Shown: positions 17,843 to 26,506 of the stretch, one piece after another
How the letters are laid out: each line of letters opens with the position of its first letter
Numbering within the stretch: the first letter of the stretch is position 1
NCBI GenBank assembly: GCA_964504255.1
Contig: CAZDDU010000002.1
Location: 60,385-124,384 of the forward strand
Origin: an uncultured Candidatus Saccharibacteria bacterium
Lineage (GTDB): Bacteria > Patescibacteriota > Minisyncoccia > Phycocordibacterales > Zambryskibacteraceae
Direction: 5' to 3'
DNA: 64,000 nucleotides
Notes under the pieces: generated by a model
Database searches by the model: none
What the model was told of the DNA's origin: nothing
What the model saw: only the letters and a program-made list of their open reading frames with translations
Program-made: the position numbers and the translations under genes

Positions 17843-18073
17843 TTATGTTGTCAAAAAAAGAAAAACCACCCAAGAGTCTGGGTGGGTCCTACACTCTGAT
17901 TGCCTAGAAGCGTGAGCCTCAAAGAAACCAGAGACAACCTCGTGCCATCTGTTGCTCGGCATGGCGGGTTCTCGAACAACTTCTGCGCAGTCGCAATGAC
18001 TACCTCTACAGGTGAATCTCTCGAGGCCGCTTGTTCCAGCGGAGTCTCTCACAATATCGTGCACGTTGGTCAT
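17843..18073 (-). CDS. H..CxxC..H family microprotein (ORFan cassette)
   Basis: HDIVRDS...GLERFTC...C...REPAM...W...FFEAH; paralog of neighbours; ORF reads through its own terminator. Confidence 0.7.
   Translation of the reverse strand: MTNVHDIVRDSAGTSGLERFTCRGSHCDCAEVVREPAMPSNRWHEVVSGFFEAHASRQSECRTHPDSWVVFLFLTT
17860..17886 (-). terminator. Cassette terminator
   Basis: ccaccca-agagtc-tgggtgg plus T-tract on minus strand. Confidence 0.7.
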
Positions 18074-18147
18074 TAGCCTATCTCATTGAGGAGCGGTCTG
18101 TGTACGAGTTTACACAAGAGAAATGAAAAATTTATGAATGAAAAAAG

Positions 18148-18324
18148 TCACCGCTTGGGTGACTTGTTTGTCTTTGGCTTTTCCTTATAGGGTCCAAGGA
18201 TAGCCAATGGTCTGCCGTGGTTCGTGATCACGTAACTCTCACCGAGAAGCTTGACCCTATTCAGGATCATGGACATCTCGTCTCGAAGTGTGGTGACGCT
18301 GATGATGGTTGTCTTATCTTTCAT
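18148..18324 (-). CDS. Phd/YefM-family antitoxin-like protein, 58 aa (not in ORF track)
   Basis: MKDKTTIISVTTLRDEMSMILNRVKLLGESYVITNHGRPLAILGPYKEKPKTNKSPKR; AGGAG SD; stop lies inside hairpin aagtcacc/ggtgactt. Confidence 0.8.
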   Translation of the reverse strand: MKDKTTIISVTTLRDEMSMILNRVKLLGESYVITNHGRPLAILGPYKEKPKTNKSPKR

Positions 18325-18347
18325 CCGCTCTCCTGATGAAGATTGGG

Positions 18348-18536
18348 TTACTTGATATTTGGATCAGCGGGAGGATGTCGGTTGAAGAACGTTTTCTTGA
18401 TCTTCTCCCAGAAGGCATTGCTCATGTGGGGCTGCCGGGTTATCCCGTTTTGTCCACACCCAGGGCTGTTGCAGGTATATCTTTCGGCTTGGGCGAATCC
18501 ACCACTGTCCTTCACCACATCGTGGCCGTGTGCCAT
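18348..18536 (-). CDS. H..CxxC..H family microprotein, 62 aa (ORFan cassette)
   Basis: HDVVKDS...AERYTCNSPGC...RQPHMS...W...FFNRHP; GAGG SD; TTGACA-16-TATTGT at 18565-18592. Confidence 0.75.
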   Translation of the reverse strand: MAHGHDVVKDSGGFAQAERYTCNSPGCGQNGITRQPHMSNAFWEKIKKTFFNRHPPADPNIK

Positions 18537-18581
18537 TGAGTCCTCTTGAAAGTGTCTTTCTAGAACAATACTGCAAAAATA

Positions 18582-18755
18582 CTAAATGTCAAAGTTATCA
18601 GACGCCTCTATATAGTAGCTGTACATCCCCTCCTGCTCTAGTTGGAACTTGACCACCTTAGGGACCCAAAGACCCTTGGTAAAGATAAGAATAAGTCCAA
18701 TACAAATAAGTATCGCAAGCACTATCTGGATAAATTTTAAAGTGTTTGTACTCAT
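18582..18755 (-). CDS. Small single-TM protein, 57 aa (not in ORF track)
   Basis: MSTNTLKFIQIVLAILICIGLILIFTKGLWVPKVVKFQLEQEGMYSYYIEASDNFDI; ATG 1 nt after upstream stop. Confidence 0.7.
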   Translation of the reverse strand: MSTNTLKFIQIVLAILICIGLILIFTKGLWVPKVVKFQLEQEGMYSYYIEASDNFDI

Positions 18756-18756
18756 G

Positions 18757-18861
18757 CTAGTCGAGCAGACCCTCCCACCACTTCATGGTGTTGTTTAGGA
18801 AAAAAATAGCAGGTGCATAGAGTGGTAAAAGCAGGAAGAATAAAAATTTTTTTGCATTCAT
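18757..18861 (-). CDS. Hydrophobic microprotein, 34 aa (not in ORF track)
   Basis: MNAKKFLFFLLLPLYAPAIFFLNNTMKWWEGLLD; fills the gap with 1-nt spacers on both sides. Confidence 0.6.
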   Translation of the reverse strand: MNAKKFLFFLLLPLYAPAIFFLNNTMKWWEGLLD

Positions 18862-18862
18862 G

Positions 18863-19144
18863 TTAGTTGTTTGGTGTGTAGTTACCTCTTCCCCAGTCAA
18901 TAAAGTTGTTGAAGTTGTTCCAGGCTATGTCGAGTATTGGCCAGACTATCCTATGCCAGATAAACACAACTGGTGCAGATATATATGACCATACTAGGTT
19001 CACAACATCTCTAATGTAGAGGATAGTCGACTTACCTTGCTCTGTAGAGGCAGCATCGAATATATCCCAGTTTAGGAAGTACTTCAAGAGAGTTAAGGCG
19101 ATGATGACTATAACGATGATCATGACGAAGCCTTTGCTTTTCAT
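18863..19144 (-). CDS. Small membrane protein with pilin-like KGF N-terminus
   Basis: MKSKGFVMIIVIVIIAL, amphipathic Trp-rich C-terminus; no E+5. Confidence 0.75.
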   Translation of the reverse strand: MKSKGFVMIIVIVIIALTLLKYFLNWDIFDAASTEQGKSTILYIRDVVNLVWSYISAPVVFIWHRIVWPILDIAWNNFNNFIDWGRGNYTPNN

Positions 19145-19156
19145 AACTTAATGCTA

Positions 19157-20434
19157 CTAGAGGTTGGGTAGATAGCCAAGTGGGTCAAGATAGTCTCTTG
19201 GGTTAGCAAGCGGGATGCTAACATTCTGACAATTCTTGCTCGATGAGTAAGGAAGGATCTGTACTCCAGCTGTAACGAAGAGGCCGAAATGGAGGTGTGG
19301 ACCGGTCGAGAAGCCAGAACCATTTTGCCTTGGCTGGCCTCCAGTGTAGCCTATAACCTGCCCCTCACTCACATCCTGTCCAGTTGTTACTATGGACCCT
19401 GATAGGTGTGCGTAGAGGGAAGAGAGCCCGTTGTTATGTCTTATTAGTATCCACCTTCCGTACGAGTAGCACCCCCTTTGGTCGTCGGTGTTACCAGTGC
19501 CTGACACCACTCCCCCTCTCACACTTTTTACCGGTGTACCAACGGTGGCTCTGAAGTCTATACCATTGTGAGTGCCCGAGACATAAAGTCTAGTAGATGC
19601 ACTGGTCCTACCGAATTGTTGAGTGATAAATACATTCTCGAGAGGCCAGGCAAGAGCACCTCGACCCGCTGTTGGTCTCTCTGATGCATCAGATGCAGTA
19701 AGAGCAGACTCGAACTGGAAGAGTAGTCGCTCGAACTCTTCCTCGCGAGCCTTATTTTCTTTAAGCATTTTTTGGTACTCGGCTTCTTTGTTCTTGGTGG
19801 CGGCTAGCAATAGGGCTTGAGCGGTACGGGTCTCGTCTACAACTCTCTTTTGCCCACTGAGTTGAGAGGAAAGACTGACGAGTTGTTTCTTTTGCGACTC
19901 CTTGGCAACCTTGTTCTCAATCAATTTTACCTGTGTCTTCTCGAGAGTGTTTATGCGGTCATTGATCTTGTCCTGGAGGTCCCAGATATTCACTGTGTCA
20001 GACCACACTTCGTCTAGTGACTCATAACTCAAAAGACCGAAGACGAAACTCTGTTTATCATAAGATGCTATCCGTTGCAGAGATTCTTTAATAGCGCTTT
20101 TATGAGTTTCTATCTCAGACTCATTTGTGCCTATGTCACCCTCGAGTTTCTTGATAGTAAGATTCGATGTGTTGATGTTTGCCTGAGTAAGCTTGAGGTC
20201 ATTAGCAAGCTTGCTCCTGGTAGTGTCGAGTGTCTTAACGTTTGTTTGTAGAGTCTGACCCTCTTTAGAAACTTCGTTTAAGGCAGTTTGCAACTTCTTC
20301 TGCTCCTCAAGTAGCTTGTCTCGCTCTCTCTTGGTCTCCTCGATTTTCTGCTGTATATCTGAATTAGTCTGTGCCGAGCTTATAGTGGGGAAGAATGAGA
20401 AAGTTACTATTAGTATGAGTAAGAGTTTTTTCAT
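19157..20434 (-). CDS. Coiled-coil M23 peptidase (EnvC/CwlO-like architecture)
   Basis: Signal peptide, long coiled coil, HNGID, YAHL, STGPHLHF. Confidence 0.92.
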   Translation of the reverse strand: MKKLLLILIVTFSFFPTISSAQTNSDIQQKIEETKRERDKLLEEQKKLQTALNEVSKEGQTLQTNVKTLDTTRSKLANDLKLTQANINTSNLTIKKLEGDIGTNESEIETHKSAIKESLQRIASYDKQSFVFGLLSYESLDEVWSDTVNIWDLQDKINDRINTLEKTQVKLIENKVAKESQKKQLVSLSSQLSGQKRVVDETRTAQALLLAATKNKEAEYQKMLKENKAREEEFERLLFQFESALTASDASERPTAGRGALAWPLENVFITQQFGRTSASTRLYVSGTHNGIDFRATVGTPVKSVRGGVVSGTGNTDDQRGCYSYGRWILIRHNNGLSSLYAHLSGSIVTTGQDVSEGQVIGYTGGQPRQNGSGFSTGPHLHFGLFVTAGVQILPYSSSKNCQNVSIPLANPRDYLDPLGYLPNL

Positions 20435-21654
20435 TTCAAGAGTTTGATAGCGTTTTCGACCCTACTCCTTGATTCGTCTGGTCCCAATATTTTTATTAGA
20501 GTAAATGGATCAGGAGATTTGTCTTTGCCGGATAGTGCGAAGCGTAGTGGCCAAAGGACGTTACCCTTTCCCATCTCCTCTGCATACTTCATAATCTCGT
20601 CATTGTTATTCAGCATACTGAGCACCTTCTCTAAGTGTTTCCTAGTCTCTTCGACTGGGACTGTCTTCCAATTTATTTTGGCTAAATCTAGGTTTGGTGC
20701 TCTGTGCACATAATCTTCATGCTCGATAGATTTGAGCAAGATCTTGAATTGCTCTTCCTCGGGTAAGAGCTTGATGTGCTCTTTGTTGAACCACTCAAGC
20801 TTCTTCTCGTTAAATATAGCTCCACCTCTTTGGACCTTCTTAATATCGAAAGCTTTTTCCAATTCCTTGAGGGTAAAAACCTCTTGCTCGGTACCTGGGT
20901 TCCAACCAATAAGCGCTAGGAAGTTTAGTAGTGCCTCGGGCAAGATACCTGATTTCCTATAGAAATCGACTGACACCGCCTCACCATGCTTTCTCTTAGA
21001 GAGCTTCTGCCTATCTGCATCGAGCATGAGTGGTAGGTGGGCGTATACAGGTCTCTTAGCTCCTATGGCCTCTTGGATGAGTATCTGGCGAGGGGTGTTA
21101 GAGATGTGGTCCTCACCCCTAATTACATGAGTAATACCCATCTCATGGTCATCTACGACAACCGCAAGATGGTAGAGAGGCTCCTCAGGAGACTTGGCAA
21201 TGACGAAATCACCAAGCTCAGTAGTATCAAACTCAACCTTGTCACGAATAAGATCCTCGAAGACAACTCTTTTGTTAGGGTTTTTAAATCTCACCACTTC
21301 TGCTCGATCCCCTTCTTCCTTAGGAGTCTCCTTGGATATATAAGCAGTACCGTTTGCAATCATCTTCTTTACATATGACACATACACATCTGTCCTCTCA
21401 GACTGTCTGTAGAAGGCATCATGCTTAAGTCCTAACCACTCAAGTCCGTCCAGAATGTTCTGCTCAAACTCTTTGGTCGAGCGCTCCTTGTCGGTGTCCT
21501 CAATACGCATAATGAACTTACCTCCCATCTTTTTGGCAAAGAGGTAGTTAAAGAGTGTCGTGCGAGCAGTGCCTACATGCAGTACTCCTGTAGGCGATGG
21601 AGCCATGCGCACTACTACCTTATCGCTGCCAAATAATTTGCTAAAGATATTCAT
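20431..21654 (-). CDS. gltX: Glutamate-tRNA ligase
   Basis: RMAPSPTGVLHVG, RIEDTD, THVIRGEDH, KLSKR. Confidence 0.97.
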   Translation of the reverse strand: MNIFSKLFGSDKVVVRMAPSPTGVLHVGTARTTLFNYLFAKKMGGKFIMRIEDTDKERSTKEFEQNILDGLEWLGLKHDAFYRQSERTDVYVSYVKKMIANGTAYISKETPKEEGDRAEVVRFKNPNKRVVFEDLIRDKVEFDTTELGDFVIAKSPEEPLYHLAVVVDDHEMGITHVIRGEDHISNTPRQILIQEAIGAKRPVYAHLPLMLDADRQKLSKRKHGEAVSVDFYRKSGILPEALLNFLALIGWNPGTEQEVFTLKELEKAFDIKKVQRGGAIFNEKKLEWFNKEHIKLLPEEEQFKILLKSIEHEDYVHRAPNLDLAKINWKTVPVEETRKHLEKVLSMLNNNDEIMKYAEEMGKGNVLWPLRFALSGKDKSPDPFTLIKILGPDESRSRVENAIKLLK

Positions 21655-21657
21655 ATT

Positions 21658-22785
21658 TTAAAATTCATGCGAGAGTCCGATCTTGAGGATTTCCTCGGCT
21701 ACCTTCTTAGCGGCATCAGCCCGGTCGAAGGTCTTGGCACTTGCCTTCATCTTGTCTCGTAACTCACTAGTACTTAAGATTCTCCTCACTTCCGCAATGA
21801 GGATGTTCGCAGTTAGATTATCCTCCTCCACTACTTCACATGCACCAGCTCTTGCGTAGGAGAAGGCGTTCGCTCTCTGGTGATCTCCATTAGAGTCCTT
21901 GATGGGGATGATGATGCTTGGCACTCCCCAAGATGCTATTTCGAAAATAGTTGAACCTGCACGAGAGACGACAATATCCGCTGCACCAGCTGCCATACGA
22001 AGCTCTAGGCCGTTTAGGTAATCAACTGGCTTGTATCTATCTTTGTTTGTGGACTTACTCAAAATAACATCGGCAGTAGTCTTCGATGAAGTAATGTTTT
22101 TCTTACCTGTTTGATGTATGACAGAGTAATCTTTGATAAGTTCTGGGAGCGCTTCTACGACTACTTCGTTGATAGCCTCTGCGCCTTGTGAGCCTCCTAG
22201 GACAAGCACTGTAGGGATACCTTCCTCTACTTTCATAAACTCCTTACCACCGTCAGTCTTCCTTTGTCTGATATCCTCCCTCACTGGGTTACCAGTGTGA
22301 GCCACCTTATCTGAAGGAAAATACTTGGCAGCCTCAGCCCAGGAGACTGCAATTTTGCTAGCAAATTTGCTAGCCCAGAGGTTTGCTCTTCCAGGCACAG
22401 AGTCTGACTCGTGTATAACGACAGGGATGTGTAGTAGTCTTGCTGCAAAAAGTACAGGGAAACTAGCGTACCCACCCTTGCCGAAAATGACATCCGGGTA
22501 GAGTCTGTACACTTTGTATATAGCACTAAGCACTCCCCAGGCTGTTCTCCATAGATCGAAGAAGTTGAGGAGAGAGAAGTATCTACGCATCTTGCCAGCT
22601 TGAACTTTCTTATAAGTGATACTTTGCTCGAATAGGATGCTTTCGTTGTATGGAGTTGGCGCGAAGTAGTAGAGCTCTGGAGGTAGAAGCTTCTTTTCCT
22701 TAGCTACTTCTCGAATAGCCTCTGCCACAGCAATAATAGGATAGAAGTGTCCACCAGTTCCGCCGCCTGTAAATAGGATTCTCAT
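21658..22785 (-). CDS. murG: Lipid II GlcNAc transferase MurG
   Basis: GGGTGGHFYP, GKGGYAS, GGSQGA, HQTG. Confidence 0.97.
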   Translation of the reverse strand: MRILFTGGGTGGHFYPIIAVAEAIREVAKEKKLLPPELYYFAPTPYNESILFEQSITYKKVQAGKMRRYFSLLNFFDLWRTAWGVLSAIYKVYRLYPDVIFGKGGYASFPVLFAARLLHIPVVIHESDSVPGRANLWASKFASKIAVSWAEAAKYFPSDKVAHTGNPVREDIRQRKTDGGKEFMKVEEGIPTVLVLGGSQGAEAINEVVVEALPELIKDYSVIHQTGKKNITSSKTTADVILSKSTNKDRYKPVDYLNGLELRMAAGAADIVVSRAGSTIFEIASWGVPSIIIPIKDSNGDHQRANAFSYARAGACEVVEEDNLTANILIAEVRRILSTSELRDKMKASAKTFDRADAAKKVAEEILKIGLSHEF

Positions 22786-22804
22786 GTTTATTTTGGAAGT
22801 TGTA

Positions 22805-23923
22805 CTACTTCCTCTTTGGGCTCAAAGTAGCTGATTTAGATATCGAGAGGATGATCCCCGCCTCAAGTAAGGTGAAGAATAGTGAGGTTCCCCCTTGGCT
22901 CACAAAAGGCAATGTAATACCAGAGAGAGGCAAAATACCTAGCATTGCCCCAATGTTTACAAACGCCTGAGCAGTAATCATTATAACAAGCCCAGTGACC
23001 ACCAGTCTACCGAAGGGATCAGTAGTGTTTGAAGCGATCTTGAGTCCCCTGACAGCAAAGAACACGAATAAGAGTATAAGCAGGCTCGCCCCAACGAAGC
23101 CGAATTCCTCCGCTTGGACCGCGAAGATAGAGTCCCCCATAGGCTCGGGTAAGAAAGCGAACTTCTGCACGCTCTGGCCAAACCCTTTACCGAAGAAGCC
23201 TCCAGAGCCAATAGCTATGAGTGATTGCTGTATTTGGTAGCCAGATCCTTGCGCCTCCGATTGAGGGTTGAGATATGTGTAGATTCTTTGTCTCACATAC
23301 GGTCTTGTGGCAATGAGTAGGCCCAGAGCTAGTCCACCAGCAAGAATAAGTAAGAGGAGATCTCGCCATCTGCCACCACCGACTATGTAGACTGCCACTC
23401 CAGCGGTGGCAAGCATGACGAAAGTGTCTGTATCGGGCTGCATGAGGAGAAGAGTGCCACAAAGCGCCAAGAGGACGACAAGTGGTATGAAGCCAGCCTT
23501 GTACTCACCCATCTTCTCCTTCACCTTTGAGGCCCAAGCAGCAAGGTATATAACGAAAGCAAGTTTGAGGATCTCAGAAGGTTGGAAGGTTAGTCCCCCG
23601 ATTTCAATCCAGCGCCTAGCACCATTGTGAGCAAAGCCAACTTGAGGAATGAGGACCAAGATATTCAAAATAACAGCGAAAACTAAAATATAAAATGCAT
23701 ATTTTTTCCACTTCTTGTAGTCAGACCTGATAGCAACGAGCATCGCAACTGACCCAAGACATAGCCCGAGGACAGTTTGAGAGAAAGTAACAGAAGAGTA
23801 TTGTGCACTCGACTTAGCAAGGAGTCCGAGTGAGGCTGAGTAGAAACTAACAAACCCCGCAATAGCCAAAATAACTACCGCGAAGAAAAAGGGTTTATCT
23901 ACTCTCCACTCTTTGAAGGACAT
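22805..23923 (-). CDS. ftsW: SEDS peptidoglycan glycosyltransferase FtsW
   Basis: GARRWI, FQPSEILK, QPDT, GYQIQQSLIAIGSGG, LPFVSQGGTS; adjacent to mraY/murG. Confidence 0.92.
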   Translation of the reverse strand: MSFKEWRVDKPFFFAVVILAIAGFVSFYSASLGLLAKSSAQYSSVTFSQTVLGLCLGSVAMLVAIRSDYKKWKKYAFYILVFAVILNILVLIPQVGFAHNGARRWIEIGGLTFQPSEILKLAFVIYLAAWASKVKEKMGEYKAGFIPLVVLLALCGTLLLMQPDTDTFVMLATAGVAVYIVGGGRWRDLLLLILAGGLALGLLIATRPYVRQRIYTYLNPQSEAQGSGYQIQQSLIAIGSGGFFGKGFGQSVQKFAFLPEPMGDSIFAVQAEEFGFVGASLLILLFVFFAVRGLKIASNTTDPFGRLVVTGLVIMITAQAFVNIGAMLGILPLSGITLPFVSQGGTSLFFTLLEAGIILSISKSATLSPKRK

Positions 23924-23952
23924 GGGGAGATTATATCAGATCAAAATAGGAT

Positions 23953-25005
23953 TTAACCCAAGAGTACAATAACGAGGCCGAGGAGACTGGTGAAGACACC
24001 AACTATCCAATATCGCATAACAACAGTTGATGCGGGCCAGCCAAGAGCTTGGAAGTGGTGATGTAGCGGAGCAACCAAGAAGACCTTCTTCCCTCCTCTA
24101 AATCTCTTTGACAATAGTTGTATTGAGCTTGATGCTGAGGAGACTACTAATGGGAAGGCGATGAGTGGGAGGATAAGCACTTGCTGTGTAAGGAAGGCAA
24201 CGACAGCGAGTGTCATGGTAAGTGCCATGATTCCAGTCTCTGACATGAAGAAGAGTGCAGGTGGTATGTTGTACCAGAGGAAGGCCAAGAGTCCGCCCAT
24301 AAGAACGAAGCAGAAGGCAGAGAGGTCTATCTGGTTACCCAAGAAGGCAATCACGCCGTAGGTACCGAAGATAATGGCGAAGACTCCCCCAGAGAGGCCG
24401 TCTAGTCCGTCTATCACTCCACCAGAGTATGTTCCAAGCATCACAAGAACGAAGAATGGTATAAAGAACCACCCAATATCAACTATCCCGAGGAAGGGCA
24501 CTATGATACTTGTCATCTCGAGTTTGTAGTAGAACCACCAAGCACCAATGAGAGCAACAATAGTAACCATGAGTATACGCTTCTTGAAGGAGAGTCCACC
24601 AGCCTTCTGGTCGTATATTTCGCTCACGGTCCAGTAGTCGTCTATAAGACCAATAATTGCTCCCATGATGAGGGTAAAGACGGGTAACCATGTTTGATTC
24701 CTCGATAAGAAGTCTAGTTTGTCCAAGGTGTCACTATCGAACTGTGAGCCAAACCAGAAGAGGAGGATTGTAAGTAGTGCACTCGCCCAGATGATGATAC
24801 CTCCCATTCTTGGTGTTTTTCTCTCCTCGTCGCCATGCAGAGCTTGGGTTATGGGTGCTCCAGAACCATCGGTCGATATAACGACACTCTTCTTTTTCCA
24901 AAACTTATGGGAGACAAGGAAGCGAGACACAGCAGGAGTCATAAGCAGTCCAAAAACGAAGGCGAAGAGTGCTGGCACAAAGATCTTTACTACATCTAGT
25001 ATCAT
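23953..25005 (-). CDS. mraY: Phospho-N-acetylmuramoyl-pentapeptide transferase
   Basis: TPRMGG, IGLIDD, DGLDGL, APLHHHF. Confidence 0.95.
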   Translation of the reverse strand: MILDVVKIFVPALFAFVFGLLMTPAVSRFLVSHKFWKKKSVVISTDGSGAPITQALHGDEERKTPRMGGIIIWASALLTILLFWFGSQFDSDTLDKLDFLSRNQTWLPVFTLIMGAIIGLIDDYWTVSEIYDQKAGGLSFKKRILMVTIVALIGAWWFYYKLEMTSIIVPFLGIVDIGWFFIPFFVLVMLGTYSGGVIDGLDGLSGGVFAIIFGTYGVIAFLGNQIDLSAFCFVLMGGLLAFLWYNIPPALFFMSETGIMALTMTLAVVAFLTQQVLILPLIAFPLVVSSASSSIQLLSKRFRGGKKVFLVAPLHHHFQALGWPASTVVMRYWIVGVFTSLLGLVIVLLG

Positions 25006-25970
25006 TATTCTTTAGATATTACACTATTTTGCACACTGGCTAAACTAGCATTAACTAAGACCATCATGTCTCTGAACCGCCCATTCTCGGATGAGCCAAG
25101 TAGCGAGATGATAATCGGCCGACCAAGCTCTGGGTCAAAAGCGATAACTAGGTTGCCTCCCGCTAGGTCCGTGAAGCCGGTTTTAGAAGCGATGATGCCG
25201 GGGATATTGTTCACTATAGAACTTGTGTTCCTGGCTGTGTGGACCATGCCCTCAATATTTTTAATTTTCAATGTAGATGACTTAGTGCTAGCAAGAAGAG
25301 TTGGATTATTCTTCAAAACATACTCGAGTAGTATGGCTTGGTCCTTGGCACTGCCGTAAGCACCTCCCTGCTCTTTGGACTCGTCTAATCCTGTGTCATT
25401 TAGATAATAAGTGTTCTTCATGCCAAGTGTGCTCGCAAGATCATTCATCTTGAGGACGAAGTCACTTATCAAGCTTTCATCGCTTGTCTTATCATCACCA
25501 AGAGATCCAACAGCAAGAGCAATAGCTCTTATTCCATCGTTTGCCGAACTAACCAGTGAGAAGTCGAGAAGGTCCTTGAGTGTCCAATGCTCTCCTGGGA
25601 CAAGACCTGCGTCACCATCAGTCTTAGTTGAGCTCTCTGATATAGCGATGGTGCGGTAGCTTGGTACTGCCTCGCTAGCTACGAGTGCACTCATAACCTT
25701 GGTGAGAGAGGCAAGAGGGAGGCGCTCATTTTCATTCTTGGCATAAAGCACTTCGCCGCTTAAGGTGTCATACACATACGCAGCCTTGGCTTCTATGTCT
25801 ACTCGGCCGATAGGAAGTGGGGTACTTACTTTTACTAACACCTCTTTCTCTTCAACACTTTTAGAACCCAAGATATAAGTAAAGGTAAGCAAAAGGATCA
25901 GGATAACTCCAAGCGCAGAGAAAAAAGTTATTTCTTGTTTATTCGTTAGCATCTTTTTCTTCCGTTGCAA
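25005..25970 (-). CDS. D-alanyl-D-alanine carboxypeptidase (S11)
   Basis: ASLTK (SxxK), SAN (SxN), KTG; TM anchor; start may be 25952. Confidence 0.9.
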   Translation of the reverse strand: MQRKKKMLTNKQEITFFSALGVILILLLTFTYILGSKSVEEKEVLVKVSTPLPIGRVDIEAKAAYVYDTLSGEVLYAKNENERLPLASLTKVMSALVASEAVPSYRTIAISESSTKTDGDAGLVPGEHWTLKDLLDFSLVSSANDGIRAIALAVGSLGDDKTSDESLISDFVLKMNDLASTLGMKNTYYLNDTGLDESKEQGGAYGSAKDQAILLEYVLKNNPTLLASTKSSTLKIKNIEGMVHTARNTSSIVNNIPGIIASKTGFTDLAGGNLVIAFDPELGRPIIISLLGSSENGRFRDMMVLVNASLASVQNSVISKE

Positions 25971-26493
25971 TAAAGGTATTCATTTTTTGTAGTGCAGTGC
26001 CGTACTCTGGCAGATCCTTCACACTTGTTACCCCCAAGTGCTTGAGTAGAGCAAGGGTTGGTCTATAAGAAAAACTTCGCCCTGCCCCGAGCGTAGTCGA
26101 GGGATCCACTCTCTCGATAAGTCCGCGGATAAGTAGGTTCCTTACAATGAAGCCAGAGTTCACTCCTCTTATGTGATCTATCTCACGACGAGCTACGGGT
26201 CCTTTGTATAGGATAATAGACAGAGTCTCAAGCCCTGCGCGGCCGAGCTCCCTACTTAACTCCTCCTTTTGCATCTTCTCGAACATTTCACTTAGATCTG
26301 GATGTGTGCCGAAAGCCACAGTGTCGCTAGTCTCTATGAGTACGATGCCTTTGTTCTGGTAAATTGCCTTGAGGTTGTTTAGCGCATTCCTCACCACGTC
26401 AATATCCACTTCAAGTATCTTTGCCAACTCCTTGTGGGTAAGTGGTTCGTTCTTATAAAACAGTATTGCCTCAATTTTTTGTTCGGTATTCAT
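25939..26493 (-). CDS. scpB: SMC-Scp complex subunit ScpB
   Basis: IEAILF, LETLSIILYKGPV, IDHIRGVNS. Confidence 0.95.
   Translation of the reverse strand: MNTEQKIEAILFYKNEPLTHKELAKILEVDIDVVRNALNNLKAIYQNKGIVLIETSDTVAFGTHPDLSEMFEKMQKEELSRELGRAGLETLSIILYKGPVARREIDHIRGVNSGFIVRNLLIRGLIERVDPSTTLGAGRSFSYRPTLALLKHLGVTSVKDLPEYGTALQKMNTFIATEEKDANE
26080..26103 (-). repeat. REP-like repeat in-frame within scpB
   Basis: ccctcgactacgctcggggcaggg encoding PSTTLGAG; shares TCGA-N4/5-CTC core with intergenic copies. Confidence 0.55.
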
Positions 26494-26506
26494 TATTCGT
26501 TATTCA

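Noticed and set aside
17130-17915. 261-aa plus-strand ORF
   Set aside because: Antisense shadow crossing promoters and terminators of minus-strand cassettes that have SD sites and paralogy support.
16797-18592. Integron cassette array
   Set aside because: No integrase in the window, no convincing attC (RYYYAAC...GTTRRRY) sites, and units carry their own promoters and terminators.
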